Source of the DNA: Methanomassiliicoccales archaeon
GTDB lineage: Archaea > Thermoplasmatota > Thermoplasmata > Methanomassiliicoccales > JAAEEP01
NCBI GenBank assembly: GCA_013415695.1
Contig: JAAEEP010000001.1
Location: 68,621 to 132,620, forward strand
Length of the DNA: 64,000 nucleotides
Direction: 5' to 3'
Shown here: positions 62,758 through 64,000 of the stretch, in pieces
Numbering within the stretch: the stretch's first letter is position 1
How the letters are laid out: each line of letters starts with the position of its first letter
The notes under the pieces: generated by a model
Database searches by the model: none
What the model was told of the DNA's origin: nothing
The model's input: only the letters and a program-made list of their open reading frames with translations
Translations under genes and position numbers: made by a program

Positions 62758-63069
62758 GTGTTCATGATCAACGGCAAGGTTATCGATATTCTTGAGGAGA
62801 TAGCCGATCTTCTAGATGCCAGAAAGGACAATGTCTTCAAGATCAGGTCCTATCGACTTGCTGCGAAGAACATCGCGACGCTCGATCGTGATCTAAGGGA
62901 CTACTACCAAGAGGGGAGACTCCAGGATATCCCTGGAGTGGGAAAGGCTATCGCAGAGAAGATCACTGAGATAATCCAGACAGGAGATCTCGCATACCTG
63001 AGGAGACTGCGGGAGGAGATCCGAGGAACCCAGGAAAACCTGATAAGGCTTCCCTGCAGCGATGAATAA
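62758..63069 (+). CDS. stand-alone PolX N-terminal (8-kDa/HhH) domain protein
   Basis: 103 aa (GTG at 62758 or ATG at 62764). ILEEIADLLDARKDNVFKIRSYRLAAKNIATL...IPGVGKAIAEKITEIIQTGDLAYL matches the N-terminus of family-X polymerases. The ORF stops before any polymerase or PHP domain. Confidence 0.7.
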   Translation: MFMINGKVIDILEEIADLLDARKDNVFKIRSYRLAAKNIATLDRDLRDYYQEGRLQDIPGVGKAIAEKITEIIQTGDLAYLRRLREEIRGTQENLIRLPCSDE

Positions 63070-63122
63070 GAATCGGAGAATCTCGATCGGTTTGATTTGT
63101 GGAATAGAAGAGGGGATCCAGT

Positions 63123-64000
63123 ATGGGAGTGGAGAATGTAGCTGATGACATAAGAAGCATGAAGATCAGGGGAGCAGGAAGGATTGCCAGACAGGCGGCA
63201 GAGGCATTAATGAACCTGGTGGATGGATACGAAGGGGATGGTCTAGATGATCTCAAGAATGAATTGGAGAAGGGGCGGGAGACACTTCTTAGCTCCAGGC
63301 CTACTGCAGTATCACTCTGGAACGGAGTACAGGCTGTCCTGAAGGGCTATCGCAAAGCATCAACCTTGGACGATCTCAAGGATCTGGTCAAGGAGAATGG
63401 TGAGCTGTTCATCGAGAGGTCAAATCGAGCGACCGAGGTGATCGGGGAGATGGGGGCAAGGAGATTGAATGATGGTGACAGGATACTGACGCACTGCAAC
63501 AGCTCTGTCGCCTTAAGTGTCATTAAGACCGCCTTTAGAGAGGGAAAGAACATCGAGGTCTTCGCAACTGAGTCCAGACCCTGGAGACAGGGACTGATAA
63601 CCGTAAGAGAACTATCCGAAGAAGGAGTTCCGGTAACCCTGATAGTTGACTCTGCCGTCAGGTGGATAATGAAGGATATTGATATAGTTCTGGTGGGAGC
63701 GGACACCATATCTTCCAACGGAGCGGTCATAAACAAGATAGGGACTTCCCAGATCGCCCTTGTCGCCCACGAAGCAAGAGTACCGTTCGTTGTGTGTGCG
63801 GAGACCTACAAATTCTCTCCCATGACTCTGACCGGGAAACCTGTCGAGATTGAGGAGAGGGGATCCGAGGAGGTGGCGAGGCCAGGCGAACTGCCGGATA
63901 CGGTCAAGGTGCTCAATCCAGTATTCGATGCCACCCCTCCCGAGTACATTGACTATATCATCACGGAAATCGGGCTCATACCTCCCAGCGCCTCATACGA
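63123..64000 (+). CDS. ribose-1,5-bisphosphate isomerase (eIF-2B alpha/beta/delta-like), 3'-truncated by the window edge
   Basis: Not in the ORF track because it is open at the window end. My translation from ATG 63123 gives MGVENVADDIRSMKIRGAGRIARQAA...THCNSS...FATESRPWRQG...VGADTISSNGAVINKIGTSQIAL... Confidence 0.85.
   Translation, partial: MGVENVADDIRSMKIRGAGRIARQAAEALMNLVDGYEGDGLDDLKNELEKGRETLLSSRPTAVSLWNGVQAVLKGYRKASTLDDLKDLVKENGELFIERSNRATEVIGEMGARRLNDGDRILTHCNSSVALSVIKTAFREGKNIEVFATESRPWRQGLITVRELSEEGVPVTLIVDSAVRWIMKDIDIVLVGADTISSNGAVINKIGTSQIALVAHEARVPFVVCAETYKFSPMTLTGKPVEIEERGSEEVARPGELPDTVKVLNPVFDATPPEYIDYIITEIGLIPPSASY

Noticed and set aside
1-64000. Search for CRISPR arrays, rRNA genes, IS elements, long tandem repeats
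   Set aside because: Reading the intergenic regions showed no regularly spaced direct repeats and no rRNA-like or transposase-like sequences. The only repeat clusters seen are the short ATTCA/TTCGATTCAA motifs at 20775-20813. A computational repeat scan would be needed for certainty.

Overview
Gene-dense (about 90% coding) chromosomal segment of an archaeon. Archaeal hallmarks are PCNA, TFS, Alba, exosome subunit Csl4, Nob1, an intron-containing tRNA, a split transketolase and a three-gene archaeal glutamate synthase. Gene content suggests a Thermoplasmata / Methanomassiliicoccales-related euryarchaeon, but this is inference; there is no rRNA in the window to confirm it. Main blocks are as follows. 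(1) An 11-subunit Nuo/Fpo-like complex operon (nuoABCDHIJ1J2KLMN, 3.8-13.8 kb) has no NuoEFG/FpoF input module and is followed by a polyprenyl synthase and a geranylgeranyl-reductase paralogue. (2) RNA-processing genes: an RNase III-domain protein, Nob1, Csl4, a METTL5-like methylase and a THUMP-less ThiI. (3) Nitrogen assimilation: three-subunit GOGAT flanked by HTH-CBS and Lrp regulators, with GDH further on. (4) Acetyl-CoA synthetase and tRNA-Val(CAC) with an intron. (5) Three tandem KaiC/RecA-like ATPases with a deviant P-loop; the middle one carries a zinc ribbon and a long coiled coil. (6) A heterodisulfide-reductase cluster: a 980-aa tandem-fused HdrA, MvhD, a fused HdrD-like protein, a degenerate EF-Tu-like pseudo-GTPase, then HdrC and HdrB. 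(7) Housekeeping genes: nadC, split tkt, tal, PCNA, TFS, DNA ligase, Trm5/Taw2, Alba, and a ribose-1,5-bisphosphate isomerase running off the 3' edge. No CRISPR array, transposase, integrase or rRNA was seen. The most unusual items are the KaiC-like triad, the Hdr cluster architecture, the four-cluster NuoI, an RNase III-domain gene in an archaeal context, and a stop-free but start-less 91-codon extension upstream of the 302-aa ORF at 60180-61088.
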